Source: Eledone cirrhosa (lineage: Eukaryota). Taken from it: a DNA stretch of 64,000 nt. Location: the NCBI GenBank assembly GCA_964016885.1, contig OZ024742.1:227788001-227852000 (forward strand). The letters run 5' to 3'. Numbering within the stretch: the first letter of the stretch is position 1; every line of letters starts with the position of its first letter. Below are positions 39,101 to 53,889 of this stretch, piece after piece. Under the pieces are notes generated by a model. The model saw only the letters and a list, made by a program, of their open reading frames with translations, was not told where the DNA came from and ran no database searches. The position numbers were made by a program, and so were the translations under genes.

Positions 39101-42100
39101 AGTCCACACTATGACAGCTACAGTCAACACTATCACAGTCACAGTCCACACTATGACAGCTACAGTCAACACTATGACAGTCACAGTCAACACTATGGCA
39201 GCTACAGCCAACACTATGACAGTCACCGCCCACACTATGACAGCTACAGCCAACACTATGACAGCTACAATCCACAGTATGGCAGCTACTGCCAACATTA
39301 TGACAGTCACCGCCCACACTATGACAGCTACAGCCAACACTATGACAGCTACAGTCCACACTATGACAGCTACAGTCAACACTATGACAGTCACAGTCAA
39401 CACTATGGCAGTCACAGTCCACACTATGGCAGTCACAGTCCACACTATGACAGATACAATCCACACTATGACAGCTACAGCCAACACTATGATAGTCACA
39501 GTCAACACTATGGCAGCTACAGTCAACACTATGATAGTCACAGTCAACACTATGGCAGCTACAGCCAACACTATGACAGTCAAAGTCCACATGATGACAG
39601 CTACAGTTCACACTATGACAGCTACAGTCATCACACTGACAGTCACCGTCCACACTATGACAGCTACAGCCAACACTATGACAGTCACAGTCCACACGAT
39701 GACAGCTACAGTTCACACTATGACAGCTACAGTCAACACTATGACAGTCACAGTCGACACTATGACAGCTACAGTCAACACTATGAGAGTCACAGTCCCC
39801 ACGATAACAGTCACAGTTCACACTATGACAGCTACAGTTCACACTATGACAGCTAGTCAACACTATGACAACTACAGTCCAAACTATGACAGTCACAGTC
39901 CACACTATGACAGCTACAGTCCACACTATGACAGTCACAGTCCACACTATGACAGCTACAGTCAACACTATGACAACTACAGTCCAACACTATGACAGTC
40001 ACAGTCCACTCTATGACAGCTACAGTCCACACTATGACAGTCACAGTCCACACTATGACAGTCACAGTCTACACTATGACAGCTACAGTCAACACTATGA
40101 CAGTCACAGTCCACACAATGACAGCTACAGTTCACACTATGACAGCTACAGTCAACACTATGACAGTCAGTCCACACTATGGCAGCTACAGCCAACACTA
40201 TGACAGTCACAATTCACACTATGACAGCTACAGTCAACACTATGACAGTCACAGTCCACACGATGACAGCTACAGTCCACACTATGACAGTCACAGTCCA
40301 CACGATGACAGCTACAGTCCACACTATGACAGCTACAGTCAACACTATGACAGTCACAGTCCACACGATGACAGCTACAGTCCACACTATGACAGTCACA
40401 GTCCACACGATGACAGCTACAGTCCACACTATGACAGCTACAGTCAACACTATGACAATCACAGTCCACACTATGGCAGCTACAGCCAACACTATGACAG
40501 TCACAGTCCCCACGATAACAGTCACAGTCCACACTATGACAGCTACACTCCACACTATGACAGCTACAGTCCACACTATGACAGCTACAGTCAACACTAT
40601 GACAGTCACCATCCACACGATGACAACTACAGTCCACACTATGACAGCTACAGTCCACACTATGACAGCTACAGTCCACACTATGACAGCTACAGTCCAC
40701 ACTATGACAGTCACAGTCCCCACGATAACAGTCACAGTCCACACTATGACAGTCACAGTCCACACGATGACAGCTACAGTTCACACTATGACAGCTACAG
40801 TCAACACTATGACAGTCACAGTTCACACTATGACAGCTACAGTCAACACTATGACAGTCACAGTCCACACTATGACAGCTACAGTCAACACTATGACAGT
40901 CAGTCCACACTATGACAGCTACAGTCCACACTATCACAGCTACAGTCAACACTATGACAGTCACAGTCCACACGATCGCAGCTACAGTCAACATTATGAC
41001 AGCTACAGTCCACACTATGACAGCTACAGTCAACGCTGACAGTCACAGTCCACACTATGACAGCTACAGTCAACACTATGACAGTCACAGTCCACACGAT
41101 GACAGCTACAGTTCACACTATGACAGCTACAGTCAACACTATAACAGTCACCATCCACACTATGACAGCTACAGTCCACAGTCCACACGATGACAGCTAC
41201 AGTCCACACGATGACAACTACAGTCAACACTATGACAGTCACCAGCCACACTATGACAGATACAGTCCACACTATGACAGCTACAGTCCACACTATGACA
41301 GTCACAGTCCCCACGATAACAGTCACAGTCCACACTATGACAGCTACAGTCCACACTATGACAGTCACAGTCCACACTATAACAGTCACAGTCAACACTT
41401 TGACAGCTACAGTCCACACTATGACAGCTACAGTCAACACTATGACAGTCACAGTCCACACGATGACAGCTACAGCCACAGTCCACACGATGACAGCTAC
41501 AGTTCACACTATGACAGCTACAGTCAACACTATGACAGTCACAGTTCACACTATGACAGCTACAGTCAACACTATGACAGTCACAGTCCACACGATGACA
41601 GCTACAGTTCACACTATGACAGCTACAGTCAACACTATGACAGTCATAGTCCCCACTATAACAGTCACAGACAACACTATGACAGTTACAGTCAACACTA
41701 TGACAGTCACAGTCCACACGATGACAGCTACAGCCACAGTCCACACGATGACAGCTACAGTTCACACTATGACAGCTACAGTCAACACTATGACAGTCAC
41801 AGTTCACACTATGACAGCTACAGTCAACACTATGACAGTCACAGTCCACACTATGACAGCTACAGTCAACACTATCACAGTCACAGTCCACACTATGACA
41901 GCTACAGTCAACACTATGACAGTCACAGTCAACACTATGGCAGCTACAGCCAACACTATGACAGTCACCGCCCACACTATGACAGCTACAATCCACAGTA
42001 TGGCAGCTACTGCCAACATTATGACAGTCACCGCCCACACTATGACAGCTACAGCCAACACTATGACAGCTACAGTCCACACTATGACAGCTACAGTCAA

Positions 42101-45100
42101 CACTATGACAGTCACAGTCAACACTATGGCAGTCACAGTCCACACTATGGCAGTCACAGTCCACACTATGACAGCTACAATCCACACTATGACAGCTACA
42201 GCCAACACTATGACAGTCACAGTCAACACTATGGCAGCTACAGCCAACACTATGACAGTCACCGCCCACACTATGACAGCTACAATCCACACTATGACAG
42301 CTACAGCCAACACTATGACAGTCACAGTCCACACGATGATAGCTACAGTTCACACTATGACAGCTACAGTAAACACTATGACAGTCACAGTCCACACTAT
42401 GACAGCTACAGTCAACACTATGACAGTCACAGTCCACACGATGACAGCTATAGTTCACACTATGACAGCTACAGTCAACACTATGACAGTCACAGTCCAC
42501 ACGATGACAGCTACAGTTCACACTATGACAGCTACAGTCAACACTATGACAGTCACAGTCCACACTATGACAGCTACAGTCAACACTATGACAGTCACAG
42601 TCCACACTATGACAGCTACAATCCACACTATGACAGCTACAGCCAACACTATGACAGTCACAGGCCACACGATGACAGCTACAGTTCACACTATGACAGC
42701 TACAGTCAACACTATGACAGTCACAGTTCACACTATGACAGCTACAGTCAACACTATGACAGTCACAGTCCACACGATGACAGCTACAATTCACACGATG
42801 ACAGCTACAGTTCACAATATGACAGCTACAGTCAACACTATGACAGTCACAGTCCACACTATGACAGCTACAGTCCACACTAAGACAGCTACAGTCCACA
42901 CTAAGACAGCTACAGTCAACACTATGACAGTCACAGTCCACACGATGACAGCTACAGTCAACACTATGACAGTCACAGTCCACACTAAGACAGCTACAGT
43001 CAACACTATGACAGTCACAGTCCACACGATGACAGCTACAGTCAACACTATGACAGCTACAGCCAACACTATGACAGTCACAGTCCACACTATGACAGCT
43101 ACAGTCAACACTATGACAGTCACAGTCAACACTATGACAGCTACAGTCAACACTATGGCAGTCACAGTCCACACTATGACAGCTACAGCCAACACTATGA
43201 CAGCTACAGTCAACACTATGACAGTCACAGTCCACACGATGACAGCTACAGTCAACACTATGACAGTCACAGTCCACACTAAGACAGCTACAGTCAACAC
43301 TATGACAGTCACAGTCCACACGATGACAGCTACAGACAACACTATGACAGCTACAGCCAACACTATGACAGTCACAGTCCACACTATGACAGCTACAGTC
43401 AACACTATGACAGTCACAGTCAACACTATGACAGCTACAGTCAACACTATGGCAGTCACAGTCCACACTATGACAGCTACAGCCAACACTATGACAGCTA
43501 CAGTCAACACTATGACAGTCACAGTCCACACTATGGCAGCTACAGCCAACACTATGACAGTCACAGTCCACACTATGACAGCTACAGTCAACACTATGAC
43601 AGTCACAGTCCACACTATGGCAGCTACAGCCAACACTATGACAGTCACAGTCCACACTATGACAGCTACAGCCAACACTATGAGAGTCACAGTCCACACT
43701 ATGACAGTCACAATCAACACTATGACAGCTACAGTCAACACTATGACAGCTACAGCCAACACTATGACAGCTACAGTCAACACTACGACAGTCACAGTCC
43801 ACACTATGATAGCTACAGTCCACACTAAGACAGCTACAGTCAACACTATGACAGTCACAGTCCACACGATGACAGCTACAGTCAACACTATGACAGTCAC
43901 AGTCCACACTAAGACAGCTACAGTCAACACTATGACAGTCACAGTCCACACGATGACAGCTACAGTCAACACTATGACAGTCACAGTCCACACTAAGACA
44001 GCTACAGCCAACACTATGACAGTCACAGTCAACACAATGACAGTCACAGTCCAACGATGACAGTCACAGTCCACACTATGAATGCTAGTCACCACCATGA
44101 CAGCTACAGTCACAGTCCACACTATGACAGCTACAATCCACACTATGACAGTCACAGTCCCCACGATAACAGTCACAGTCCACACTATGACAGTTACAGT
44201 TCACACGATGACAGCTACAGTCCACACTATGACAGCTACAGTCAACACTTTGACAGCTACAGTCAACACTATGACAGTCACAGTCCACACTATGACAGCT
44301 ACAGTCAACACTATGACAGTCACAGTCCACACGATGACAGCTACATTTCACACTATGACAACTATAGTCAACACTATGACAGTCACAGTCCACACTATCG
44401 CAGATACAGCCAACACTATGACAGTCACAGTCCACACTATGACAGCTACAGTCAACACTACGACAGTCACAGTCCAAACTATGACAGCTACAGTCCACAC
44501 TATGACAGTCACAGTCCCCACGATAACAGTCACACTCCACACTATGACAGCTACAGTCCACACTATGACAGTCACAGTTCACACTATAATAGTCACAGTC
44601 CACACGATGACAGACACAGTCCACACTATGACAGCTACAGTCAACACTTTGACAGCTACAGTCCACACTATGACAGCTACAGTCCACACGATGACAGCTA
44701 GAGTCAACACTATGACAGTCACAGTCCACACTATGACAGCTACAGTCCACACTATGACAGTCACAGTTCACACTATGACAGCTACAGTCAACACTACGAC
44801 AGTCACAGTTCACACTATGACAGCTACAGTCCACACTATGACAGTCACAGTCCCCACGATAACAGTCACAGTCCACACTATGACAGTCACAGTCCACACT
44901 ATAACAGTCAGTCCACACGATGACAGTCACAGTCCACACTATGACAGCTACAGTCAACACTTTGACAGCTACAGTCTACACTATGACAGCTACAGTCAAC
45001 ACTATGACAGTCACAGTTCACACTATGACAGCTACAGTCAACACTATGACAGTCACAGTCCACACGATGACAGCTACAGTTCACACTATGACAGCTACAG

Positions 45101-48100
45101 TCAACACTATGACAGCTACAGTCAACACTATGACAGTCACAGTCCACACTATGACAGCTACAGTCAACACTATGACAGCTACAGTCAACACTATGACAGT
45201 CACAGTCCACACGATGACGGCTACAGTTCACACTATGACAGTCACAGTCCACACTATGACAGCTACAGTCAACACTATGACAGCTACAGTCAACACTATG
45301 ACAGTCATAGTCCCCACGATAACAGTCACAGACAACACTATGACAGCTACAGTTCACACTATGACAGCTACAGTCAACACTATGACAGTCACAGTCCACA
45401 CTATGGCAGCTACAGCCAACACTATGACAGTCACAGTCCACACTATGACAGTCACAGTCCACACTATGGCAGCTACAGCCAACACTATGACAGTCAAAGT
45501 CCACATGATGACAGCTACAGTTCACACTATGACAGCTACAGTCATCACACTGACAGTCACCGTCCACACTATGACAGCTACAGTCAACACTACGACAGTC
45601 ACAGTCCACACTATGACAGCTACAGCCAACACTATGACAGTCACAGTCCACACGATGACAGCTACAGTTCACACTATGACAGCTACAGTCAACACTATGA
45701 CAGTCACAGTCGACACTATGACAGCTACAGTCAACACTATGAGAGTCACAGTCCCCACGATAACAGTCACAGTTCACACTATGACAGCTACAGTTCACAC
45801 TATGACAGCTAGTCAACACTATGACAGTCACAGTCCACACTATGACAACTACAGTCCAAACTATGACAGTCACAGTCCACACTATGACAGCTACAGTCCA
45901 CACTATGACAGTCACAGTCCACACTATGACAGCTACAGTCAACACTATGACAACTACAGTCCAACACTATGACAGTCACAGTCCACACTATGACAGCTAC
46001 AGTCCACACTATGACAGTCACAGTCCACACTATGACAGTCACAGTCCACACTATGACAGCTACAGTCAACACTATGACAGTCACAGTCCACACGATGACA
46101 GCTACAGTTCACACTATGACAGCTACAGTTCACACTATGACAGCTACAGTCAACACTATGACAGTCAGTCCACACTATGGCAGCTACAGCCAACACTATG
46201 ACAGTCACAGTTCACACTATGACAGCTACAGTCAACACTATGACAGTCACAGTCCACACGATGACAGCTACAGTCCACACTATGACAGTCACAGTCCACA
46301 CGATGACAGCTACAGTCCACACTATGACAGTCACAGTCCCCACGATAACAGTCACAGTCCACACTATGACAGCTACAGTCCACACTATGACAGTCACAGT
46401 CCACACGATGACAGCTACAGTCCACACGATGACAACTACAGTCAACACTATGACAGTCACCAGCCACACTATGACAGATACAGTCCACACTATGACAGCT
46501 ACAGTCCACACTATGACAGTCACAGTCCCCACGATAACAGTCACAGTCCACACTATGACAGCTACAGTCCACACTATGACAGTCACAGTCCACACTATAA
46601 CAGTCACAGTCAACACTTTGACAGCTACAGTCCACACTATGACAGCTACAGTCAACACTATGACAGTCACAGTCCACACGATGACAGCTACAGCCACAGT
46701 CCACACGATGACAGCTACAGTTCACACTATGACAGCTACAGTCAACACTATGACAGTCACAGTTCACACTATGACAGCTACAGTCAACACTATGACAGTC
46801 ACAGTCCACACGATGACAGCTACAGTTCACACTATGACAGCTACAGTCAACACTATGACAGTCATAGTCCCCACGATAACAGTCACAGACAACACTATGA
46901 CAGTTACAGTCAACACTATGACAGTCACAGTCCACACGATGACAGCTACAGCCACAGTCCACACGATGACAGCTACAGTTCACACTATGACAGCTACAGT
47001 CAACACTATGACAGTCACAGTTCACACTATGACAGCTACAGTCAACACTATGACAGTCACAGTCCACACTATGACAGCTACAGTCAACACTATCACAGTC
47101 ACAGTCCACACTATGACAGCTACAGTCAACACTATGACAGTCACAGTCAACACTATGGCAGCTACAGCCAACACTATGACAGTCACCGCGCACACTATGA
47201 CAGCTACAATCCACAGTATGGCAGCTACTGCCAACATTATGACAGTCACCGCCCACACTATGACAGCTACAGCCAACACTATGACAGCTACAGTCCACAC
47301 TATGACAGCTACAGTCAACACTATGACAGTCACAGTCAACACTATGGCAGTCACAGTCCACACTATGGCAGTCACAGTCCACACTATGACAGCTACAGCC
47401 AACACTATGACAGTCACAGTCAACACTATGGCAGCTACAGCCAACACTATGACAGTCACCGCCCACACTATGACAGCTACAATCCACACTATGACAGCTA
47501 CAGCCAACACTATGACAGTCACAGTCCACACGATGATAGCTACAGTTCACACTATGACAGCTACAGTCAACACTATGACAGTCACAGTCCACACTATGAC
47601 AGCTACAGTCAACACTATGACAGTCACAGTCCACACGATGACAGCTATAGTTCACACTATGACAGCTACAGTCAACACTATGACAGTCACAGTCCACACG
47701 ATGACAGCTACAGTTCACACTATGACAGCTACAGTCAACACTATGACAGTCACAGTCCACACTATGACAGCTACAGTCAACACTATGACAGTCACAGTCC
47801 ACACTATGACAGCTACAATCCACACTATGACAGCTACAGCCAACACTATGACAGTCACAGGCCACACGATGACAGCTACAGTTCACACTATGACAGCTAC
47901 AGTCAACACTATGACAGTCACAGTTCACACTATGACAGCTACAGTCAACACTATGACAGTCACAGTCCACACGATGACAGCTACAATTCACACGATGACA
48001 GCTACAGTTCACAATATGACAGCTACAGTCAACACTATGACAGTCACAGTCCACACTATGACAGCTACAGTCCACACTAAGACAGCTACAGTCCACACTA

Positions 48101-51100
48101 AGACAGCTACAGTCAACACTATGACAGTCACAGTCCACACGATGACAGCTACAGTCAACACTATGACAGTCACAGTCCACACTAAGACAGCTACAGTCAA
48201 CACTATGACAGTCACAGTCCACACGATGACAGCTACAGTCAACACTATGACAGCTACAGCCAACACTATGACAGTCACAGTCCACACTATGACAGCTACA
48301 GTCAACACTATGACAGTCACAGTCAACACTATGACAGCTACAGTCAACACTATGGCAGTCACAGTCCACACTATGACAGCTACAGCCAACACTATGACAG
48401 CTACAGTCAACACTATGACAGTCACAGTCCACACGATGACAGCTACAGTCAACACTATGACAGTCACAGTCCACACTAAGACAGCTACAGTCAACACTAT
48501 GACAGTCACAGTCCACACGATGACAGCTACAGACAACACTATGACAGCTACAGCCAACACTATGACAGTCACAGTCCACACTATGACAGCTACAGTCAAC
48601 ACTATGACAGTCACAGTCAACACTATGACAGCTACAGTCAACACTATGGCAGTCACAGTCCACACTATGACAGCTACAGCCAACACTATGACAGCTACAG
48701 TCAACACTATGACAGTCACAGTCCACACTATGGCAGCTACAGCCAACACTATGACAGTCACAGTCCACACTATGACAGCTACAGTCAACACTATGACAGT
48801 CACAGTCCACACTATGGCAGCTACAGCCAACACTATGACAGTCACAGTCCACACTATGACAGCTACAGCCAACACTATGAGAGTCACAGTCCACACTATG
48901 ACAGTCACAATCAACACTATGACAGCTACAGTCAACACTATGACAGCTACAGCCAACACTATGACAGCTACAGTCAACACTACGACAGTCACAGTCCACA
49001 CTATGATAGCTACAGTCCACACTAAGACAGCTACAGTCAACACTATGACAGTCACAGTCCACACGATGACAGCTACAGTCAACACTATGACAGTCACAGT
49101 CCACACTAAGACAGCTACAGTCAACACTATGACAGTCACAGTCCACACGATGACAGCTACAGTCAACACTATGACAGTCACAGTCCACACAATGACAGTC
49201 ACAGTCCAACGATGACAGTCACAGTCCACACTATGAATGCTAGTCACCACTATGACAGCTACAGTCACAGTCCACACTATGACAGCTACAATCCACACTA
49301 TGACAGTCACAGTCCCCACGATAACAGTCACAGTCCACACTATGACAGTTACAGTTCACACGATGACAGCTACAGTCCACACTATGACAGCTACAGTCAA
49401 CACTTTGACAGCTACAGTCAACACTATGACAGTCACAGTCCACACTATGACAGCTACAGTCAACACTATGACAGTCACAGTCCACACGATGACAGCTACA
49501 TTTCACACTATGACAACTATAGTCAACACTATGACAGTCACAGTCCACACTATCGCAGATACAGCCAACACTATGACAGTCACAGTCCACACTATGACAG
49601 CTACAGTCAACACTACGACAGTCACAGTCCAAACTATGACAGCTACAGTCCACACTATGACAGTCACAGTCCCCACGATAACAGTCACACTCCACACTAT
49701 GACAGCTACAGTCCACACTATGACAGTCACAGTTCACACTATAATAGTCACAGTCCACACGATGACAGACACAGTCCACACTATGACAGCTACAGTCAAC
49801 ACTTTGACAGCTACAGTCCACACTATGACAGCTACAGTCCACACGATGACAGCTAGAGTCAACACTATGACAGTCACAGTCCACACTATGACAGCTACAG
49901 TCCACACTATGACAGTCACAGTTCACACTATGACAGCTACAGTCAACACTACGACAGTCACAGTTCACACTATGACAGCTACAGTCCACACTATGACAGT
50001 CACAGTCCCCACGATAACAGTCACAGTCCACACTATGACAGTCACAGTCCACACTATAACAGTCAGTCCACACGATGACAGTCACAGTCCACACTATGAC
50101 AGCTACAGTCAACACTTTGACAGCTACAGTCTACACTATGACAGCTACAGTCAACACTATGACAGTCACAGTTCACACTATGACAGCTACAGTCAACACT
50201 ATGACAGTCACAGTCCACACGATGACAGCTACAGTTCACACTATGACAGCTACAGTCAACACTATGACAGCTACAGTCAACACTATGACAGTCACAGTCC
50301 ACACTATGACAGCTACAGTCAACACTATGACAGCTACAGTCAACACTATGACAGTCACAGTCCACACGATGACGGCTACAGTTCACACTATGACAGTCAC
50401 AGTCCACACTATGACAGCTACAGTCAACACTATGACAGCTACAGTCAACACTATGACAGTCATAGTCCCCACGATAACAGTCACAGACAACACTATGACA
50501 GCTACAGTTCACACTATGACAGCTACAGTCAACACTATGACAGTCACAGTCCACACTATGGCAGCTACAGCCAACACTATGACAGTCACAGTCCACACTA
50601 TGACAGTCACAGTCCACACTATGGCAGCTACAGCCAACACTATGACAGTCAAAGTCCACATGATGACAGCTACAGTTCACACTATGACAGCTACAGTCAT
50701 CACACTGACAGTCACCGTCCACACTATGACAGCTACAGTCAACACTACGACAGTCACAGTCCACACTATGACAGCTACAGCCAACACTATGACAGTCACA
50801 GTCCACACGATGACAGCTACAGTTCACACTATGACAGCTACAGTCAACACTATGAGAGTCACAGTCCCCACGATAACAGTCACAGTTCACACTATGACAG
50901 CTACAGTTCACACTATGACAGCTAGTCAACACTATGACAGTCACAGTCCACACTATGACAACTACAGTCCAAACTATGACAGTCACAGTCCACACTATGA
51001 CAGCTACAGTCCACACTATGACAGTCACAGTCCACACTATGACAGCTACAGTCAACACTATGACAACTACAGTCCAACACTATGACAGTCACAGTCCACA

Positions 51101-53458
51101 CTATGACAGCTACAGTCCACACTATGACAGTCACAGTCCACACTATGACAGTCACAGTCCACACTATGACAGCTACAGTCAACACTATGACAGTCACAGT
51201 CCACACGATGACAGCTACAGTTCACACTATGACAGCTACAGTTCACACTATGACAGCTACAGTCAACACTATGACAGTCAGTCCACACTATGGCAGCTAC
51301 AGCCAACACTATGACAGTCACAGTTCACACTATGACAGCTACAGTCAACACTATGACAGTCACAGTCCACACGATGACAGCTACAGTCCACACTATGACA
51401 GTCACAGTCCACACGATGACAGCTACAGTCCACACTATGACAGTCACAGTCCCCACGATAACAGTCACAGTCCACACTATGACAGCTACAGTCCACACTA
51501 TGACAGTCACAGTCCACACGATGACAGCTACAGTCCACACTATGACAGCTACAGTCAACACTATGACAGTCACAGTCCACACGATGACAGCTACAGTCAA
51601 CACTATGACAGTCACAGTCCACACTATGACAGCTACAGTCAACACTATGACAGTCACAGTCCACACGATGACAGCTACAGTCCACACTATGACAGCTACA
51701 GTCAACACTATGACAGTCACAGTCAACACTATGGCAGCTACAGCCAACACTATGACAGTCACCGCCCACACTATGACAGCTACAGCCAACACTATGACAG
51801 CTACAATCCACACTATGACAGCTACAATCCACACTATGACAGTCACAGTCCACACTAAGACAGCTACAGTTCACACTATGGCAGCTACAGCCAACACTAT
51901 GACAGTCACAGTCCACACGATGACAGCTACAGTTCACACTATGACAGCTACAGTCAACACTATGACAGTCACAGTCCACACTATGACAGCTACAGTCAAC
52001 ACTATGACACTCACAGTCCACACGATGACAGCTACAGTTCACACTATGACAGCTACAGTCAACACTATGACAGTCACAGTCCACACGATGACAGCTACAG
52101 TTCACACTATGGCAGCTACAGCCAACATTATGACAGTCACCGCCCACACTATGACAGCTACAGCCAACACTATGACAGCTACAGTCCACACTATGACAGC
52201 TACAGCCAACACTATGACAGTCACAGTCCACACTATGACAGCTACAGACAACACTATGACAGTCACAGTCCACACTATGACAGCTACAGTCAACAGTATG
52301 ACAGTCACAGTCCCCACGATAACAGTCACAGTCCACACTATGACAGCTACAGTCAACACTATGACAGCTAGTCAACACTATGACAGCTAGTCAACACTAT
52401 GACAGTAACAGTCCACACTATGACAACTACAGTCCAAACTATAACAGTCACAGTCCACACTGACAGTCACAGTTCACACTATGACAGCTACAGTCCAAAC
52501 TATGACAGCTACAGTTCACACTATGACAGCTACAGTCAACACTATGACAGTCACAATTCACACTATGACAGCTACAGTCCAAACTATGACAGCTACAGTT
52601 CACACTATGACAGCTACAGTCAACACTATGACAGTCACAGTTCACACTATGACAGCTACAGTCAACACTATGACAGCTACAGTTCACACTATGACAGCTA
52701 CAGTCAACACTATGACAGTCACAGTCCACACTATGGCAGCTACAGCCAACACTATGACAGTCACCGCCCACACTATGACAGCTACAGCCAACACTATGAC
52801 AGCTACAGTCCACACTATGACAGCTACAGCCAACACTATGACAGTCACAGTCCACACTATGACAGCTACAGTCAACACTACGACAGTCACAGTCCACACT
52901 ATGACAGCTACAGTCCACACTATGATAGTCACAGTCCACACGATGACAGCTACAGTCCACACGATGACAGTCACAGTCCACACTATGACAGCTACAGTCA
53001 ACACTATGACAGTCACAGTCCACACGATGACAGCTACAGTCCACACTATGACAGCTACAGTCAACACTATGACAGTCAGTCCACACTATGACAGCTACAG
53101 TCAACACTATGACAGCTACAGTCCACACTATGACAGCTACAGTCAACACTATGATAGTCACAGTCCACACGATGGCAGCTACAGTCCACACTATGACAGC
53201 TACAGTCAACGCTGACAGTCACAGTCCACACAATTACAGCTACAGTCAACACTATGACAGTCACAGTCCACACGATGACAGCTACAGTTCACACTATGAC
53301 AGCTAGTCAACACTATGACAGTCACCGTCCACACGATGACAACTACAGTCAACACTATGACAGCTACAGTCAACACTATGACAGTCACAGTCCACACTAA
53401 AGTAGTCACAGTGCTCACTACGACAGTCACACAGGCCACACCATGACAATCCCACAGA
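24175..53458. repeat. 29.3-kb tandem array of a 21-bp unit (ACTATGACAGTCACAGTCCAC / ACTATGACAGCTACAGTCAAC), ~1,390 units, intronic
   Basis: Directly visible; frequent A/B alternation (42 bp); degenerate units at both edges; recurrent diagnostic indels define 2.5-5.2-kb duplicated blocks. Confidence 0.99.
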
Positions 53459-53477
53459 AACAATAACAAAGACTTAC

Positions 53478-53582
53478 TTGTCGAGTTCCTGGAATTTATC
53501 TAAGTTATCTCGGTTTGTGTTGTCCAGGAGACGAGTGCTGATCTCTTGTGTGTGGCTGGCTAGATTTGTGATGGTCGGGACA
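53478..53582 (-). CDS. Host gene exon 4: (C)VPTITNLASHTQEISTRLLDNTNRDNLDKFQELD
   Basis: Acceptor ctctctttctctccag, donor AA|gtaagt; phase 2 to 2. Confidence 0.88.
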
Positions 53583-53790
53583 CTGGAGAGAAAGAGAGAG
53601 TGAGTAGGACGCTGGAGAGAGGAAAAGTCACCCACAACACACCATGTGTATTTGTGTGTGTGTGCGTGTATATATATATATATATATACAATTTAAATAT
53701 GCCACCTTTTGGAATTATATGTTCTTATATCCTTTACAAATTACCTCCTGTTAATGTTTGATATATTTATATACATGTCAATCATTTTTT

Positions 53791-53826
<36 letters not shown>

Positions 53827-53889
53827 GGTCGTTTTGGAAGCCTCAACAATGCAGATGCTCGATTGCTACTGTGTGTGTGTGTTGTTGTT

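Noticed and set aside
24175-53458. CRISPR-like array or telomeric repeat
   Set aside because: No unique spacers, no cas genes, eukaryotic context; the unit is not TTAGGG-like and has unique exons on both sides
24175-53458. Recursive splice sites within the array
   Set aside because: The transcribed-strand consensus has AG followed by UGU or CUG rather than GU, and no polypyrimidine tract; I saw no AG|GURAG motif, though a full scan was not possible
53206-53469. ORF starting next to the exon 4 donor as an alternative coding extension
   Set aside because: Starts at TTG, and read-through from the exon stops immediately (AAG TAA)
53825-53860. Hammerhead relic at the 3' end of the minus-strand PLE
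   Set aside because: Too many core mismatches to distinguish from chance
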